From Alkalispirochaeta sp. (GTDB taxonomy: Bacteria; Spirochaetota; Spirochaetia; DSM-27196; Alkalispirochaetaceae): a DNA stretch of 64,000 bases. The DNA lies in NCBI GenBank assembly GCA_965242725.1, contig CBDESZ010000016.1, positions 1 to 64,000 of the forward strand, given 5' to 3'. This document shows, one piece after another, positions 63,201 to 64,000 of this stretch (its first letter is position 1; each line of letters begins with the position of its first letter). A program made the translations under genes and the position numbers. Below the pieces are notes generated by a model. The model was not told the origin of the DNA, did no database searches, and saw nothing but the letters and a program-made list of their open reading frames with translations.

Positions 63201-63453
63201 CCGATTCCTGTATCCGATGCCGGGACGACGGACATAACTGAGCCGGTACCGCTCGTCATCCTATCACCCGGCATTGGTTTTGCGATTCAGTGTGGCGTCT
63301 CCCGATTCCCACCGTGGGCCGGCGGGCCGGGCTCTGCGGGGGTTCCGTCTGCCGACTTCATCGGCAGACCGGCTTCGCCGCCCCTCCGATCCCTGGCGCT
63401 GCTGACGCATCAAGATCGGTCCATTCTGTTTGATTATTCGAGTCTTCAATTTC

Positions 63454-63861
63454 TCAAGCCAGTATCCATCGCACGATCAACACTTGCATCACCATGACCC
63501 CAACCAGCAATGGGAAGATGATGACATCACCGACTCTCCTTTCGAAGTCGGTCATGCGCTCCTTGATCTTTCGCACCCGTTCTACAGCGGACCTCCGGCC
63601 CGCAGATCCGCGTGCAATTCGGTCAAACAACATTGCCAAGGCGAATAGTCCGATCCCAACAACCAAACCTGCTGATTGTTGGGCGGCGAACCCAGGGAAT
63701 ACGACAGCTATCAACAGAAAGAGCCACGGTGCCAACACCACCACAATGAAGGCTGTGGCCCCCACGTCTGGTAAGGCAAATCTCCCGAGAACCGGCAACG
63801 CCCAATTGGTATCCTTGATCGCTGCGCTTATCCACGCATGTATCAGCCAAATCGATCTCAC
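63454..63861 (-). CDS. Hypothetical membrane protein (possible Rhs immunity protein)
   Basis: 135 aa with three hydrophobic segments, upstream of the Rhs remnant. Confidence 0.45.
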   Translation of the reverse strand: MRSIWLIHAWISAAIKDTNWALPVLGRFALPDVGATAFIVVVLAPWLFLLIAVVFPGFAAQQSAGLVVGIGLFALAMLFDRIARGSAGRRSAVERVRKIKERMTDFERRVGDVIIFPLLVGVMVMQVLIVRWILA

Positions 63862-64000
63862 ATTAAACCTCGCAGTGTCTTTCTATTCGAGACTCGATCA
63901 TATTCGGCTTTTAGCGGCGGGTTGCACCGTTTTCAGTATGCCAATCATGATATGCACGACGAAAGGTCAGTACCTTAAAAGGAAGTTGATTGCCATATCG

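Overview
A 64 kb GC-rich bacterial window. A free-living spirochaete is the most likely source; this is inferred from the style of the MCP, HAMP-adenylate cyclase, Fn3-associated lipoprotein, HU/DUF4469-like and Rhs genes, and is not proven. The first ~26 kb is host-like: a TPR gene and neighbours broken by frameshifts, an RND efflux pair, an MCP, an ABC exporter, and a 13-domain lipoprotein in an operon with an adenylate cyclase. From ~25.7 to 51.5 kb is an accessory/defence hotspot. It holds decayed toxin-antitoxin modules, a DUF2075 nuclease-helicase, a stand-alone ART-like domain and an m6A-MTase/DpnII-like REase/primase-helicase operon. It also holds a nested IS stack (an IS66 with 8-bp TSD carrying an IS110 inside its left inverted repeat and an IS21 inside tnpC), an AT-rich four-gene Dam-like MTase/metallophosphoesterase/ORC-CDC6-like ATPase/unknown operon, and further IS21 elements. 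The rest is mixed cargo ending in Rhs remnants. Three signals stand out. (1) The IS110 non-coding end contains a readable bridge-RNA target loop whose two 8-nt guides spell the 14-bp IS66 terminal sequence it interrupted, and a sigma70 promoter forms only at its circle junction. (2) The four-gene operon is a candidate defence system. (3) A structured repeat occurs four times, together with diverged partial copies of neighbouring genes at segment junctions. No rRNA, tRNA or CRISPR array was seen. Family assignments come from motif recognition by eye; no database search was run.
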